A stretch of 64,000 nucleotides of DNA. Source: Acidobacteriota bacterium. GTDB taxonomy: Bacteria > Acidobacteriota > UBA890 > WLXD01. The notes below the pieces were generated by a model. That model was given only the letters and a program-made list of their open reading frames with translations. It was not told the DNA's origin and made no database searches. The translations under genes and the position numbers were made by a program. Numbering within the stretch: the first letter of the stretch is position 1; each line of letters starts with the position of its first letter. Where the stretch lies: the NCBI GenBank assembly GCA_965205505.1, contig CBDBHB010000008.1:192001-256000 (forward strand). Direction: 5' to 3'. Below are positions 10,912 through 23,026 of the stretch, piece after piece.

Positions 10912-12369
10912 ATGGCCAAAGACCGAACATCTGACGATTCGTTCGTAACCGAGATCACGCCGAAGTCCGAGGACTTCTCGCGCTGGTATACGGACGTGGT
11001 TCGCCGTGCCGAGCTGGCTGACTACTCACCGGTCAAGGGGTGCATGGTCATCCGACCCTACGGCTACGCCTTGTGGGAGAACGCTCGCAACCTGCTCGAC
11101 GCCCGCATCAAGGCCACCGGACATCAGAACGCCTACTTCCCGCTGTTGATCCCGGAGAGCTTGCTCCAAAAAGAGGCCGAGCACGTGGAGGGGTTCGCGC
11201 CCGAGGTCGCGTGGGTCACACACGGCGGCGACGAAGAGCTCGAAGAGCGCCTTGCCATTCGCCCCACATCCGAGGCGATCATCTGCAGCATGTACAGCAA
11301 GTGGGTGCAGTCCTGGCGCGACCTCCCGGTGCTCATCAACCAGTGGGCGAACGTGGTGCGCTGGGAGAAAGTGACGCGATTCTTCCTGCGCACGACGGAG
11401 TTTCTCTGGCAGGAGGGACACACCGCCCACGCAACCGAGGCGGAGGCGCAGGAGGAGACCTTGAAGATGCTCGGTGTCTACCGAGACTTCCTCACTGAGG
11501 ATCTCGCCATCCCGGCGATCCCGGGCATCAAGACCGATCGTGAGAAGTTCGCTGGCGCCGATCGCACATACACGGTCGAGGCGATGATGTCCGACGGGCG
11601 AGCGCTGCAGGCCGGAACCTCGCACAACCTCGGACAGAGATTCGCCAAGGCGTTCGACATTCGATTCGAGGACCGGAACCAGGAGCTGCAGTACGCCTGG
11701 AGCACTTCCTGGGGTATGTCGACGCGAACCATCGGCGCGCTCATCATGACCCACGGCGATGACAGCGGACTGCAGCTGCCGCCACGTGTGGCCCCCTACC
11801 ACGTGGTGATCGTTCCCATCCGGGCGGGCAGCTACGAGGAGGAGGTACTGCCGGCCGCCAGGGTGCTGCGCGACCTGCTCGTCACCGCCGGCCTACGTGT
11901 CTATCTCGACGACCGCGACGAGCATACTCCTGGCTGGAAGTACAGCGAGTGGGAGATGCGCGGCGTGCCACTGCGCGCCGAGATTGGGCCGCGCGATGTC
12001 GCCAAGAGGCAGACCGTGCTGGTGCGGCGGGACACCCGTGAGAAGAGCTTCGTGCCGGTGGACCACGCACCCTCGACCGCCGCGAAGTTGCTGGACGAGA
12101 TTCAGACTTCCATGCTGGAGTCGGCGCGCGCCTTCACCACCGACAACACCCACGCTGTCGACAACTACGACACCTTCCGCGAGATCATGTCCGGGCAGCG
12201 CGGCTTTCTGAAGGTGAACTGGTGCGGCGACGTCGACATCGAGGCACGCATCAAGGACGAGACCTCTGCCACCATCCGCTGTCTGTTGCTCGACGAGGAG
12301 CCCAGCGGGCCCTGCTTCTACAGCGGCGAGCCGGCGAAGCACGTGGCGTTGTTCGCCAAGTCGTACTGA
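10912..12369 (+). CDS. proS: Proline--tRNA ligase (archaeal/eukaryotic-like family II type)
   Basis: DFSRWYTDVV, IRPTSE, FLRTTEFLWQEGHTAH, LQAGTSHNLGQ, C-terminal FAKSY. Confidence 0.97.
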   Translation: MAKDRTSDDSFVTEITPKSEDFSRWYTDVVRRAELADYSPVKGCMVIRPYGYALWENARNLLDARIKATGHQNAYFPLLIPESLLQKEAEHVEGFAPEVAWVTHGGDEELEERLAIRPTSEAIICSMYSKWVQSWRDLPVLINQWANVVRWEKVTRFFLRTTEFLWQEGHTAHATEAEAQEETLKMLGVYRDFLTEDLAIPAIPGIKTDREKFAGADRTYTVEAMMSDGRALQAGTSHNLGQRFAKAFDIRFEDRNQELQYAWSTSWGMSTRTIGALIMTHGDDSGLQLPPRVAPYHVVIVPIRAGSYEEEVLPAARVLRDLLVTAGLRVYLDDRDEHTPGWKYSEWEMRGVPLRAEIGPRDVAKRQTVLVRRDTREKSFVPVDHAPSTAAKLLDEIQTSMLESARAFTTDNTHAVDNYDTFREIMSGQRGFLKVNWCGDVDIEARIKDETSATIRCLLLDEEPSGPCFYSGEPAKHVALFAKSY

Positions 12370-12370
12370 A

Positions 12371-12931
12371 CTAGGCGCGCAGCAGCGCCTCGATGCTCGC
12401 CGCGACGTCATCGACCGGCGCCTCGGCATCGACGATCAGATCCGCCTGCGCATAGATCGCGTTGCGCTGCTCCAGTAGTACCTGGGCTGCCTCTGGATCG
12501 GCCCACAGCGGACGGACGGCTCGCTGTCGCGCCCCTGCAGCGTCGATCCGACGACGCAATTCGGCAAACTCGCAGCGCAACCATACCGAGGTTGCCGTCC
12601 GCGCCGACAGCTCGCGGTTCTCCGCCGCCAGGTGGGCTCCGCCCCCCAGGGCAACGACGGTGCGCGGTTTCTGCGTTGCCTGACGGAGGACGAATGTCTC
12701 CGTCTGCCGGAAGCTCTCCTCGCCTTCCTCGGCAAAGATATCGGCGATCGGACGGCCAGCGTGCCGCACGATAAGAACGTCGAGATCGAGGAAGTTCCAT
12801 AGCAGGCGGCGGGCTAGCAACTGGCCCACGGTACTCTTGCCGCACCCCATGAAGCCCACCAGGTGAACCTGCCGCTTGCCACGCGCATCGTGGTGCATCG
12901 TGACAAGGCTTTCGGGGGCATCAGCGGTCAT
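12371..12931 (-). CDS. aroK: Shikimate kinase
   Basis: GFMGCGKSTVG P-loop, GEESFR, ALGGG, RPL. Confidence 0.92.
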   Translation of the reverse strand: MTADAPESLVTMHHDARGKRQVHLVGFMGCGKSTVGQLLARRLLWNFLDLDVLIVRHAGRPIADIFAEEGEESFRQTETFVLRQATQKPRTVVALGGGAHLAAENRELSARTATSVWLRCEFAELRRRIDAAGARQRAVRPLWADPEAAQVLLEQRNAIYAQADLIVDAEAPVDDVAASIEALLRA

Positions 12932-14229
12932 CGACGGGCGACCAACCTCAATTGCTCATAGAAGCCGGGATACGACACCGACGCGGCGTCGGCACCGAGG
13001 ACTTCGATGCGGCCGCTCGCCGCACCGGCGACGGCGGCCATCGCCAGCGCAATGCGATGGTCTCCGCAGGCATCGACGGTCCCACCCATCAAGCCCTGGC
13101 GGCCCGGTACGGCTAAACCGTCAGGGAACTCGTCGACCTGCGCGCCCAGCGCCCTAAGGGCCGCACAGACTGCTGCAATACGGTCGCTCTCCTTGACCCG
13201 CAGCTCGGCGGCGCCGCGAATCTCCACGCCCTCCTCGGTCAGCGGTCCCAGCAACGCCAGCAACGGCAGCTCGTCAATCAGCGCTGTCACCGCCCCCGCA
13301 GCTATGACACCTCCGCGCAGGCCGCCGCCGTGGCGCACACGCAGCAAGGCGCAGGGCTCACCGTGCCAGTCGTACTCGGGCTCGAGCTCGATCATGGCGC
13401 CCCAGTCACGCAGCACGTCAAGCACCGCCGAGCGCGTCGAATTGACACCCACACCTGGGAGCTCCACATCCGCATGTTGGGCAACGCTTGCCGCTGCAAC
13501 CCAGTAGGCAGCCGACGACACGTCACCTGGCACTCTGCCCTGCAGCGGTCCGAGCCGTGGCCGCGGGCGCAACCTCACGCCGCCGTCAGCTGCAGCGCCT
13601 GTAATCTCCGCTCCCATCGATGCGAGCATACGTTCGAGGTGATCGCGTGAAGGCCGCTCCTCGTGCACCACAGTGTCGTAGTCGGCGCGCAGCCCGGCCA
13701 GCAGCACACAGGACTTCACCTGAGCCGACGGTACCGGCGTTCGATATGTGACGCCGCGTAGCTGGGCGCCTTCAACGATGAGAGGTGGACGGCCACCATC
13801 GCGCGTGCTCACCGTCGCACCCATCGCCCGTAGCGGCTCTGCGATGCGCTCCATCGGGCGGCCACGCAGCGACCGGTCCCCGTCCAGCGTGGTACGAAAC
13901 TGATTGCCGGCCACCAGTCCGGCGAGCAGCCGCATGGTCGTGCCACTGTTGCCGCACGGGAGCGGATCGGCGGACTGCCGCAGCCCGTCTATCCCCGCAC
14001 CGCGCACACGCGTCGACCCGTCGGACGAACCCTCGTCGATCTCGATACCGAGTTGCTGCAAGCACACCGCGGTCGAGCGCACGTCCTCTCCCCGCGATAG
14101 TCCATGAATGTGGCTCGTTCCGACCGCCACCGCTGCCAGCATCAGCGCCCGATGGGAGATCGATTTGTCACCGGGAACTTCGATCCGACCGTGCAGGCCA
14201 ACCGCAGGTTCGAGATCCCAACGGGCCAT
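12928..14229 (-). CDS. aroA: 3-phosphoshikimate 1-carboxyvinyltransferase (class II)
   Basis: PGDKSISHRA, GNSGTTMRL, SAQVKS, LRVKESDR, DHRIA. Confidence 0.96.
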   Translation of the reverse strand: MARWDLEPAVGLHGRIEVPGDKSISHRALMLAAVAVGTSHIHGLSRGEDVRSTAVCLQQLGIEIDEGSSDGSTRVRGAGIDGLRQSADPLPCGNSGTTMRLLAGLVAGNQFRTTLDGDRSLRGRPMERIAEPLRAMGATVSTRDGGRPPLIVEGAQLRGVTYRTPVPSAQVKSCVLLAGLRADYDTVVHEERPSRDHLERMLASMGAEITGAAADGGVRLRPRPRLGPLQGRVPGDVSSAAYWVAAASVAQHADVELPGVGVNSTRSAVLDVLRDWGAMIELEPEYDWHGEPCALLRVRHGGGLRGGVIAAGAVTALIDELPLLALLGPLTEEGVEIRGAAELRVKESDRIAAVCAALRALGAQVDEFPDGLAVPGRQGLMGGTVDACGDHRIALAMAAVAGAASGRIEVLGADAASVSYPGFYEQLRLVARR

Positions 14230-14247
14230 GGACCGTATCCGTCGAGG

Positions 14248-14358
14248 CTATTCGTCGCGGCCGCGGTCGATCCGTACCGAGCGCAACAGCAGCAGCCCGA
14301 AGCCGCCCCATATGAATCCGAGGACGAACAACATCATGACAATCGCGCCTGCGTCCAT
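14248..14358 (-). CDS. MetS-like small subunit of NSS transporter (36 aa, not in ORF track)
   Basis: Hand translation MDAGAIVMMLFVLGFIWGGFGLLLLRSVRIDRGRDE*; single TM with a WGG motif, starts 2 nt after the NSS gene stop, GGAGG RBS upstream. Confidence 0.75.
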   Translation of the reverse strand: MDAGAIVMMLFVLGFIWGGFGLLLLRSVRIDRGRDE

Positions 14359-14360
14359 CG

Positions 14361-15857
14361 TCAACTTCCTCCACTAGCAGGCCGTGCTGTCTCGACGCCC
14401 AGCGTCGCAGCGGCGATGCGATCGTTGAGCAGCCAGAAGATGAAGAAGGCCACTCCCCACTGCAACAAGCAGGTTCCCAGGCTGAACGAGGCAAACGGGT
14501 TCCACCAGTCCGGCTCGCTGATGGCGGCCTGATACAGCCACCAGGCGATCAGAATCAAGAACTGGGCCGGCACCACCCAGCGAAGTAAGACATCGAACCA
14601 CCTGCCAATCGGCAGGTCGTTGCGCGCCGGCTCGATGAGCTCGCGCCGGAAGCGCGCCGCACCGAAGCGATTCACCGCCACGGCAAAAAGGAAGCCCGAC
14701 ACCATCAGGCCAATCCCCCAGACGTTGTCCTGGTTCACCAGAAACTCGGTATTGAGCGCCGATGGCAGGCCGAACAGGAAACCGCCCACCGTCACGAAGA
14801 TCACCGCGCGCTCCCGGCTGAGGCCAGCGTCAACGAACAGGCGCGACGACATTTCAATCATCGCAACCAGCGAAGATATCGCCGCTACGACCAGCGCCAG
14901 GAAAAAGAGCACCAGTGAGACCTGCCCGAATGGCATCTGCTGGAATAGCTCGGGAATCCACAAAAAGCTGAGCGCCGTGTTCCCCGGACCTCCCAGCTGC
15001 AGCAGTTCCTCGGCCGGCGGGCTACCGGGGTTCGACGGAGCCAACGCGAACACCGAGCAGATCACCATGATGCCGGCCAACAACGAGGCGGCGTTGTTGC
15101 CGAAGCCAATGGTCAGTGAGTTCATCACGATGTCGTCGCGATGGCTGGTGTAGATCGAGTACGTCAGCAACAGTCCATAGCCGGCACCAGTCGACCACGC
15201 CGACTGCGTCAAGCCCTCGAGCCAGATCCGGTAGTCGAGCAGCGCGCCCAGGTCGGGGTTGAAGAGAAAGTTCAAACCGCCGATCGCTCCCGGAAGGGTG
15301 ACCGCCCGCACCGCCCCTCCCAGCAACAGCAGGAACAGCAGCGGGATCATCACCTTGCTGGCGCGCTCGATGCCGGCCACCACACCACGATAGACGATGG
15401 CCCCGGCGCAGCTGATCGCCACCAGGAGGAAGAAGACCGATTCGCTCGGCGATGCCTGAAACGCGTCCCAGAACCCGCGCCCGCCCTGCTCGAACACGTC
15501 TCCGCTGATCGCTCCGAACAGATACTTGAAGCACCACCCAGCGACCACCGCGTAGTAGAACATGATCGCCATCGAGCAGAAGCCGATGAAGCTGCCCATC
15601 CACGAGACGTTGCGCCCCACCAACCTGCCAAATGCGCCGATGGTGCCCTTCTGCGCTTGCCGCCCCATGGCCGTCTCGACCATCAGCAGCGGGATCGACC
15701 ACAGCAGCAGGAACACCAGCCAGGGGATGAGGAACTCCCCGCCGCCGTTCTGTGCAGCGACACGTGGAAATCGCCAGATGTTGCCGGTGCCGACAGCCAT
15801 CCCGATAGCCGCTACCAGTAAACCGAACCGGGAGGTGAACTGTTCCTGTGTCTTCAT
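14361..15857 (-). CDS. Sodium-dependent transporter, NSS/SNF family
   Basis: AVGTGNIWRFP, GGGEFLIP, about 12 TM helices. Confidence 0.93.
   Translation of the reverse strand: MKTQEQFTSRFGLLVAAIGMAVGTGNIWRFPRVAAQNGGGEFLIPWLVFLLLWSIPLLMVETAMGRQAQKGTIGAFGRLVGRNVSWMGSFIGFCSMAIMFYYAVVAGWCFKYLFGAISGDVFEQGGRGFWDAFQASPSESVFFLLVAISCAGAIVYRGVVAGIERASKVMIPLLFLLLLGGAVRAVTLPGAIGGLNFLFNPDLGALLDYRIWLEGLTQSAWSTGAGYGLLLTYSIYTSHRDDIVMNSLTIGFGNNAASLLAGIMVICSVFALAPSNPGSPPAEELLQLGGPGNTALSFLWIPELFQQMPFGQVSLVLFFLALVVAAISSLVAMIEMSSRLFVDAGLSRERAVIFVTVGGFLFGLPSALNTEFLVNQDNVWGIGLMVSGFLFAVAVNRFGAARFRRELIEPARNDLPIGRWFDVLLRWVVPAQFLILIAWWLYQAAISEPDWWNPFASFSLGTCLLQWGVAFFIFWLLNDRIAAATLGVETARPASGGS
14374..14386. repeat. Short remnant of the MITE family 2 end, inside the last codons of the NSS gene
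   Basis: CTAGCAGGCCGTG is identical to the first 13 bp of family 2 ends at 28832, 45035 and 53804. Confidence 0.5.
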
Positions 15858-16442
15858 CGCGAGCGACTCTGAATCGAATCTCTGTAATTTGTTGATCTCA
15901 AAAGGTTTATCTATCCGGATCGTTTGCCGAATCGCCTCATCCCTGGTCAGCCTTGCAGAGCAACGCGGCGAGCGGGCGGATTCTAGCCCGTCGCTGGCCG
16001 TCGTGCGACTGGCGCCGGCTGGCTAACTCAACCGCCCCTCACACTTTGGCGCTGTCGTGCCGGGGACGCCGCCGCGCCCGCGTGTTTTCCTGCCGCCGAC
16101 TGCAACCTGCGCCATATAGCTTTCGTCACATAGTATGTCTCACGGAATCAACGACGGCATGGGGCCGTCCCCGCGCTGAGCCTGGTCGCCGTCGGCACGG
16201 CCTGATTCGGCGAGGGATTGCCGGCCGGTTCCGTAGGCACTGCGTGCCCCTTTGATCTCACGAGCGACGGCGCGCAGTATCCTGGGGCTTCTCCCGAGCG
16301 CCGAATGCCATATGCTGCCCGGTCGGCACCCGATGCCGCTGGCAGCACATCCGCAACCGACCCAGGCGCCCGGCACCGTTTGTTGAAATTCTGCCCTCCG
16401 GCAAGAGATCGGGATGAGGATTACTCCGGAGCGAGGAAGACC

Positions 16443-17603
16443 ATGGACTTCTCACTGACCGCCGAACAAGAGCTGATCATCGAGAGCACCCGCGAGTTCG
16501 TGCAGCGCGAGTTGCTGCCACACGAAGACCTTGTCGAAGAAGCCGACGAAGTCCCGGACGAGCTATACGAGCAAGTCAAGCAACGCGCCCTCGAGCAAGG
16601 GCTGTACGCTGCCGATATCCCCACCAAGTACGGCGGGGGCGGGCTCGACCCACTCTCGTTCACGTTGCTCGAGCGCGAGCTCGGCTGGGCCTCCTACGCG
16701 CTGCAGTACATCGTGCACCGCCCCTGCAACATCCTGCAGGCGGGAACGGACGAACAGATCGAGACCTACCTGAAGCCGACCGTACGCGGTGAGCGCCTCG
16801 ACTGCCTGGCGATGACGGAGCCCGCCGCCGGATCGGACCTGCGAGGCATGCAAACAACCGCGAAGAAGGACGGCGACGACTACGTCATAAACGGCTCCAA
16901 GATCTACATCAGCTTCGGCATGCGCGCCGACTACGTGATTCTGTTCGCGGTCACCGGCGTCGACGAGACGTCGCGCGGCCCGCGCAACGAAATCTCCACA
17001 TTCCTGGTCGACAAGGGCACGCCGGGCTTCGAATGGCAGTACGGCGGCAGCTGCGTGTCGCATCGCGGCTACGACCACGCCGAGCTGTTCTTCGACAGCT
17101 GCCGCGTGCCCGCGACCCAGATGCTGGGCGAGCCCGGCGAGGGATTCAAGCTCGCCGGGGTATGGCTGGCGCCGGCCCGCCTCTCGATGGGCGCGTTGTG
17201 CGTTGGCCGGGCGAAGCGGGTGTTCAAGCTGGCGTCCGAATGGGCCGCCACCCGCAAACAGTTCGGCAAGCCCATCGGCCAGTTCCAGGGAACCGGCTTC
17301 AAAATCGCCGACATGGCAGCGCAGATCGAGGCCGCCGACCTGCTCACCCTCAAGGCGGCGTGGAAGTGTTCCCAGGGCACCATGACGGGCCTCGACGCCG
17401 CGGTGTCGAAGCTCTATGCCAGCGAGATGCTCGCCATGGTCACCGACCACGCGGTGCAGATTTACGGCGGTATGGGGGTGATGAAGGAGATGCCCATCGA
17501 GCGCTTCTGGAGAGACGCGCGGCTCGACCGCATCTGGGACGGCACCAGCGAGATTCAGCGCCACATCATCGCGCGCTCGATCCTGCGTCCGCTGGAAGGC
17601 TGA
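16443..17603 (+). CDS. Acyl-CoA dehydrogenase
   Basis: LAMTEPAAGSD, INGSKIYIS, RKQFGKPIGQFQ, AVQIYGGMG, IWDGTSEIQR. Confidence 0.93.
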   Translation: MDFSLTAEQELIIESTREFVQRELLPHEDLVEEADEVPDELYEQVKQRALEQGLYAADIPTKYGGGGLDPLSFTLLERELGWASYALQYIVHRPCNILQAGTDEQIETYLKPTVRGERLDCLAMTEPAAGSDLRGMQTTAKKDGDDYVINGSKIYISFGMRADYVILFAVTGVDETSRGPRNEISTFLVDKGTPGFEWQYGGSCVSHRGYDHAELFFDSCRVPATQMLGEPGEGFKLAGVWLAPARLSMGALCVGRAKRVFKLASEWAATRKQFGKPIGQFQGTGFKIADMAAQIEAADLLTLKAAWKCSQGTMTGLDAAVSKLYASEMLAMVTDHAVQIYGGMGVMKEMPIERFWRDARLDRIWDGTSEIQRHIIARSILRPLEG

Positions 17604-17613
17604 TCACGGCGCA

Positions 17614-18273
17614 CTAGCGGGCGCCGCGATCGCCCAGGCCACTGACCGCGCTCTCGAGAACGGCGCGTGCCGCGCCCAGCGGATCAGCCTGCGCCACCAC
17701 CGCCGAGAGCACGGCGACGCAGTCGGCGCCGGCGGCAGTGACGCCGCGTGCGTTGGTCGCGTCGATACCACCGATGGCCACCAGCGGCTGATCGGTGAGT
17801 CGCCGCGCGGCGCGCACGTGCTCCAGGCCGACGGCGGCTCCGGCGTTTGCCTTGCTACCGGTGGCGAACACCGGACCCACCGCAAGGTAGTCGATCGGCA
17901 GCTCGCCAGACCCCTGAACGTCACCGAGAGAGTCGGTCGACAGCCCCAAGCACTCCTCTGCCAATAGCCGGCGAGCCCGCTCGACGGGCATGTCCGTCTG
18001 GCCGATGTGGGAGCCGACGCCAGTCAGCGCCGCCGCGACCCCGACACGGTCGTTGAGCAGCAGATAAATGCCCAGCGAGTCGCACAGGCGCTCGGCGACG
18101 CTAGCGGCGGCGAAGAACGCGTCGTCGGTGGCGTGCTTGTCGCGATACTGCACCCATTCCGCACCGGCCTCCGCGAGTGCCTCCAGGGTCGGCGACAGCG
18201 GCCACCTCGCGATGCCCGGGTCATAGATCGGCAGCATCGCCGGAATTCGGCCGGTGACCCACGGCAACGGCAT
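17614..18273 (-). CDS. thiE: Thiamine-phosphate synthase
   Basis: QYRDK, LLNDR, HIGQTD, DYLAVGPVFATGSK, VAIGGI. Confidence 0.88.
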   Translation of the reverse strand: MPLPWVTGRIPAMLPIYDPGIARWPLSPTLEALAEAGAEWVQYRDKHATDDAFFAAASVAERLCDSLGIYLLLNDRVGVAAALTGVGSHIGQTDMPVERARRLLAEECLGLSTDSLGDVQGSGELPIDYLAVGPVFATGSKANAGAAVGLEHVRAARRLTDQPLVAIGGIDATNARGVTAAGADCVAVLSAVVAQADPLGAARAVLESAVSGLGDRGAR

Positions 18274-18279
18274 CGACGG

Positions 18280-19641
<1,362 letters not shown>

Positions 19642-19680
19642 ATTCCAAAAGCACCGGCGCAGATGGCGACGGGCAACGGG

Positions 19681-20133
19681 TCAGTCAGGCCGTACGGCAA
19701 AGAGCTCCTGGCCGTACTCCACTGGCTGGGCGTTCTCGTGCAGCACCGCGACGAGCTCTCCACCGACATCGGAGGTAATCTCGTTCATCAGCTTCATGGC
19801 CTCGACAATGCACAGGATCTGACCCTCTTCGATACGGTCGCCGACTTGTACGAACGCCTCCGCCCCCGGCTCCGGCCCCAAGTAGAGCGTCCCCACCATT
19901 GGCGACCGAATCACGTGTGCACCGTCGTATTCCGTAGCAACCGCGGCTGTATCGCCATGACCTGCGCCCGTTGCGATCGTGCGTGCGGTGGATGAAATCG
20001 GTGCAGCGGCGGCGATAACGTGAGGCTCGGGGCGTCGAATGCGTAGGCTCACCCCATGTTGCTCGATCTGGAGCTCCGCCAGATCGTGCTCGATCATCAG
20101 GTCCACAAACTCGCGAATGCGGTCGATTTCCAA
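19681..20133 (-). CDS. accB: Biotin carboxyl carrier protein
   Basis: SPMVGT, EAMKLMNEI biotinylation motif, PVEYGQ. Confidence 0.96.
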   Translation of the reverse strand: MEIDRIREFVDLMIEHDLAELQIEQHGVSLRIRRPEPHVIAAAAPISSTARTIATGAGHGDTAAVATEYDGAHVIRSPMVGTLYLGPEPGAEAFVQVGDRIEEGQILCIVEAMKLMNEITSDVGGELVAVLHENAQPVEYGQELFAVRPD

Positions 20134-20205
20134 TACCGGTCTCCGGTGTAGGCGGACCCCAGAATACCACCGGTACGGTGGGGCTTCACACGCCTACGGA
20201 CTCCG

Positions 20206-21249
20206 TTAGGTCGCCGCGAACATTGCTCTCGGAGGCAACCGGTTCAGCACCTCGGCGCCGGTCTCTGTGACCAGCACCAAGTCTTCAAGTCGCATGCCGC
20301 CCTTCCCCGGCAGGTAGACACCCGGCTCAATCGTGACGACGGTACCGGCCATCAACAGGTCGTCGCTTCGCTGCGCCAGGCGGGGAGCCTCATGCACCTC
20401 GAGGCCTACCCCGTGTCCGAGCGAATGCACGAACGCCTCGCCGAGGCCCCGTTCCGCGAGCGCCTGACGCGCTGCCGCATCCACTTCGCGAGCAGACACC
20501 CCCGCCGTCACCACAGCCAGCGCCGCCCCGCGAGCCGCGCTCAGAGCCTCCTGTACACGCTTCCAGCGAGCCGGCAGTTCCGGGCCCAGGAAAACCGCCC
20601 GCGTAATATCGCTGCAATAACCGTCCACCACACAACCCATGTCGACAACCGCCAGCTCACCATCTTGAAGTACGCGGTCGGTAGGACTTGCGTGCGGCAG
20701 AGCGCCGCGAGGACCCGACGCGACGATGGTGTCGAACGACATGCGCTCTGCTCCCCGCACCCTACAGGCGTGCTCTAGCGCCGCCGCCAATCCAACCTCG
20801 GTGATCCCTGACCGCAAAGCCTCGACGGTCTCTTCGAGCGCCGATTCCGCCACCTCCAGTGCCTTACGGATAGCACTGACCTCGCTACGGTCCTTTTCGA
20901 CACGAAGCTCCTCAACCAGATCGCGAGTTCCCTGCCAATGGATGGCGTCGTGTACTCGTTCGAGCTCCTCCCAGACGGCCACCGGCACGCCGTTTGCCTC
21001 GAAGCCCACGGGTGCCGCAATGTGTTCGAGTGACGGCCCCAACGCCAACGTCAGGCCGGTGGAGGCGATGATCAGGTCGCAGTCGGGCGCTTCGTCGACC
21101 GCCTGCTGACGGTAGCGCGAGTCCGTCACCAGGGTGGATCGCACCGGCTCCACAACGGCCCACCCGCTGGAGCCGGTAAACCCCGTCAGGTAGCGCACGT
21201 TGGCGCGCTGCGTGCACAGCAGCGCGCCGAGCCCAGCTGCCTCGAGCAA
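20206..21249 (-). CDS. Xaa-Pro peptidase (M24B family); true start may lie ~14 codons upstream (CTG at 21291 overlapping the previous stop)
   Basis: [17 protein letters not shown]...[31 protein letters not shown]. Confidence 0.92.
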   Translation of the reverse strand: MLEAAGLGALLCTQRANVRYLTGFTGSSGWAVVEPVRSTLVTDSRYRQQAVDEAPDCDLIIASTGLTLALGPSLEHIAAPVGFEANGVPVAVWEELERVHDAIHWQGTRDLVEELRVEKDRSEVSAIRKALEVAESALEETVEALRSGITEVGLAAALEHACRVRGAERMSFDTIVASGPRGALPHASPTDRVLQDGELAVVDMGCVVDGYCSDITRAVFLGPELPARWKRVQEALSAARGAALAVVTAGVSAREVDAAARQALAERGLGEAFVHSLGHGVGLEVHEAPRLAQRSDDLLMAGTVVTIEPGVYLPGKGGMRLEDLVLVTETGAEVLNRLPPRAMFAAT

Positions 21250-21287
21250 GTCGAGGAGTCGACGGCGACGGTCGGCCGCGCGAGCGT

Positions 21288-23009
21288 TCAGCTGACGGTC
21301 ACCGTCAGGGTCGCGGTATCGGTTGCGCCGAAGTTGTCGCGAATCGTCAGCGTCACCGTGTACGTCCCGGCCGTGCTGAAGACGTGCTCCGCGAAGAGAT
21401 CCGCTTCCAGCGTTGGGCTCGTACCGTCACCCCAGTCCCAACGTGCCTCCTGGAGCGTCGCACCCGGGTCGAGCGACGACGACGCATCGAAGGAGACCAC
21501 CTGACCGGCGGAAGGATTGTCGGGCGAGTAGACGAAGCTGGCAATCGGTGCGCCACCGATGACGGTCACCGCAAGGGTCGTAGTCCCGATTTCGCCGAAG
21601 TTGTCGGTTACCGTGAGCGTCACCGTGAACGTCCCCGCCGCGCTGAACCTGTGGTGCGCAGAGGCGTCGCGCTCGATGTCCGCGCTCGTGCCGTCACCCC
21701 AGTCCCAACGGTACTCAACGATGCTGCCGCCCACGTCGAGCGAAGTGGAGGCGCGGAAGGAAACCACCTGGTCGACGGCCGGGTTGTCGGGCGTGTACGT
21801 GAAGCTGGCTACCGGGGCGCCACCGGTTATCTGGAGGGTGATCTGGTTCGAGATCGCCTGTACGGCAGACGTGACGTCGTCCAGGAGCTCGGCCTCGACC
21901 ACGATGATAGCATCGGGCTCGTGGCCGAACAGCGTGTTGAATGCCATGCCGAGGGTGCTGGTGCTCCCCGGGGTGGAATCGGAGAACGTCGCCCGGAGGG
22001 CAACGTCCTTGGTGCTGTACTCGACGATCGTCCAGCGAACCAGCCGGCCACTAAGGACCGTGCCGGAGTCGAGATCGGTCACCGTTGCCGTCATTCCCTC
22101 ACCAACGTTGGGTGCGCCCGTGGTAGAGGTCGTACCGTCGTCGAAGGCCAGTGTGACCGCAGTGTTCTCCTGCGTAGCAGTGGCAATGGCGGTCACCTGG
22201 TTGGATCGGAAGATGACGCTCCCGTCCACCGGATCGAGCACGTCGGCGGTAAGCGTAACGGTGCCTTCGCCCTGCAGGAGAATGGTGGCGAAAGCCTCGC
22301 CGGCGGAATCGGTCAAACTTCGGCTCGGGCTGCCGAAGAAGGCCGCTCCGTGGCCGGAACCGATCGTCAGGTCCTCGATGATGTGGAATTCAACCTCGAC
22401 CCCGGCGATCGCCAACCCGTCGACGGTCTTGACTTTCCCCACCAGGGTGAAATCGGTGGGGGCGACGCCGCGAACGCTGATCGTATCGCCACCGCCGCCG
22501 CGGAAGATCAAATCGACCAGCGCCTCCAGCGGTACCCGGTCGAAGGTCACACGCAGTACGGTGGCAACGTCGGCAATCCATGCTGTCACCGTGCCCGAAC
22601 CGGTGACGGTACTGCGCACAGCAAACGAAGCATTGCCCTCGAATGTTCCTGCCCGCACAGAGCTCGCCGCGGTGGCCGGGTCGGCGCCGAACAGACGGAT
22701 GGTGCCGATGTCGATCGAGACGTTCACCGGGGTGCCGTTGGCCACCGGGTTACCGTTATCGTCGCGCACACGCACGTTGATTATCAGGTCGGTAAGGCCA
22801 TCGGCGCTGCCTATGCCGCCGCCAGTGACGCTGATCAACCCGGAAAACGTGCCCGCGACGTTGGGCGTGTTGCCGGTGAGATCGACGGGGGCGGTCGGGG
22901 CGGTCGGATCGTTGGTCTTGCAGGCCGGCGACAACGCCAAGACGGCTATGAGGACCATCAGAATCATCACGCTCGGGCGCGGGCGACAGAAAAGGAATGC
23001 GCGTCTCAT
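21288..23009 (-). CDS. Lipoprotein with Ig-like (Big) repeats and two C-terminal PKD domains
   Basis: Lipobox LSPA-C; two PxASFxYxPDNP...WDWGDG...H.FS.AGT.TVTLT..DNFG repeats. Confidence 0.8.
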   Translation of the reverse strand: MRRAFLFCRPRPSVMILMVLIAVLALSPACKTNDPTAPTAPVDLTGNTPNVAGTFSGLISVTGGGIGSADGLTDLIINVRVRDDNGNPVANGTPVNVSIDIGTIRLFGADPATAASSVRAGTFEGNASFAVRSTVTGSGTVTAWIADVATVLRVTFDRVPLEALVDLIFRGGGGDTISVRGVAPTDFTLVGKVKTVDGLAIAGVEVEFHIIEDLTIGSGHGAAFFGSPSRSLTDSAGEAFATILLQGEGTVTLTADVLDPVDGSVIFRSNQVTAIATATQENTAVTLAFDDGTTSTTGAPNVGEGMTATVTDLDSGTVLSGRLVRWTIVEYSTKDVALRATFSDSTPGSTSTLGMAFNTLFGHEPDAIIVVEAELLDDVTSAVQAISNQITLQITGGAPVASFTYTPDNPAVDQVVSFRASTSLDVGGSIVEYRWDWGDGTSADIERDASAHHRFSAAGTFTVTLTVTDNFGEIGTTTLAVTVIGGAPIASFVYSPDNPSAGQVVSFDASSSLDPGATLQEARWDWGDGTSPTLEADLFAEHVFSTAGTYTVTLTIRDNFGATDTATLTVTVS

Positions 23010-23026
23010 GGCGTCGTCAGCTCCCC

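Noticed and set aside
16218-16442. N-terminal extensions in the ORF track (acyl-CoA dehydrogenase, folD, aldolase, tgt, thiL, metG, lolA, kdsB, gcvPA)
   Set aside because: Family homology begins at downstream starts that have RBSs or stop-start overlaps; the extensions are low-information or run through repeats
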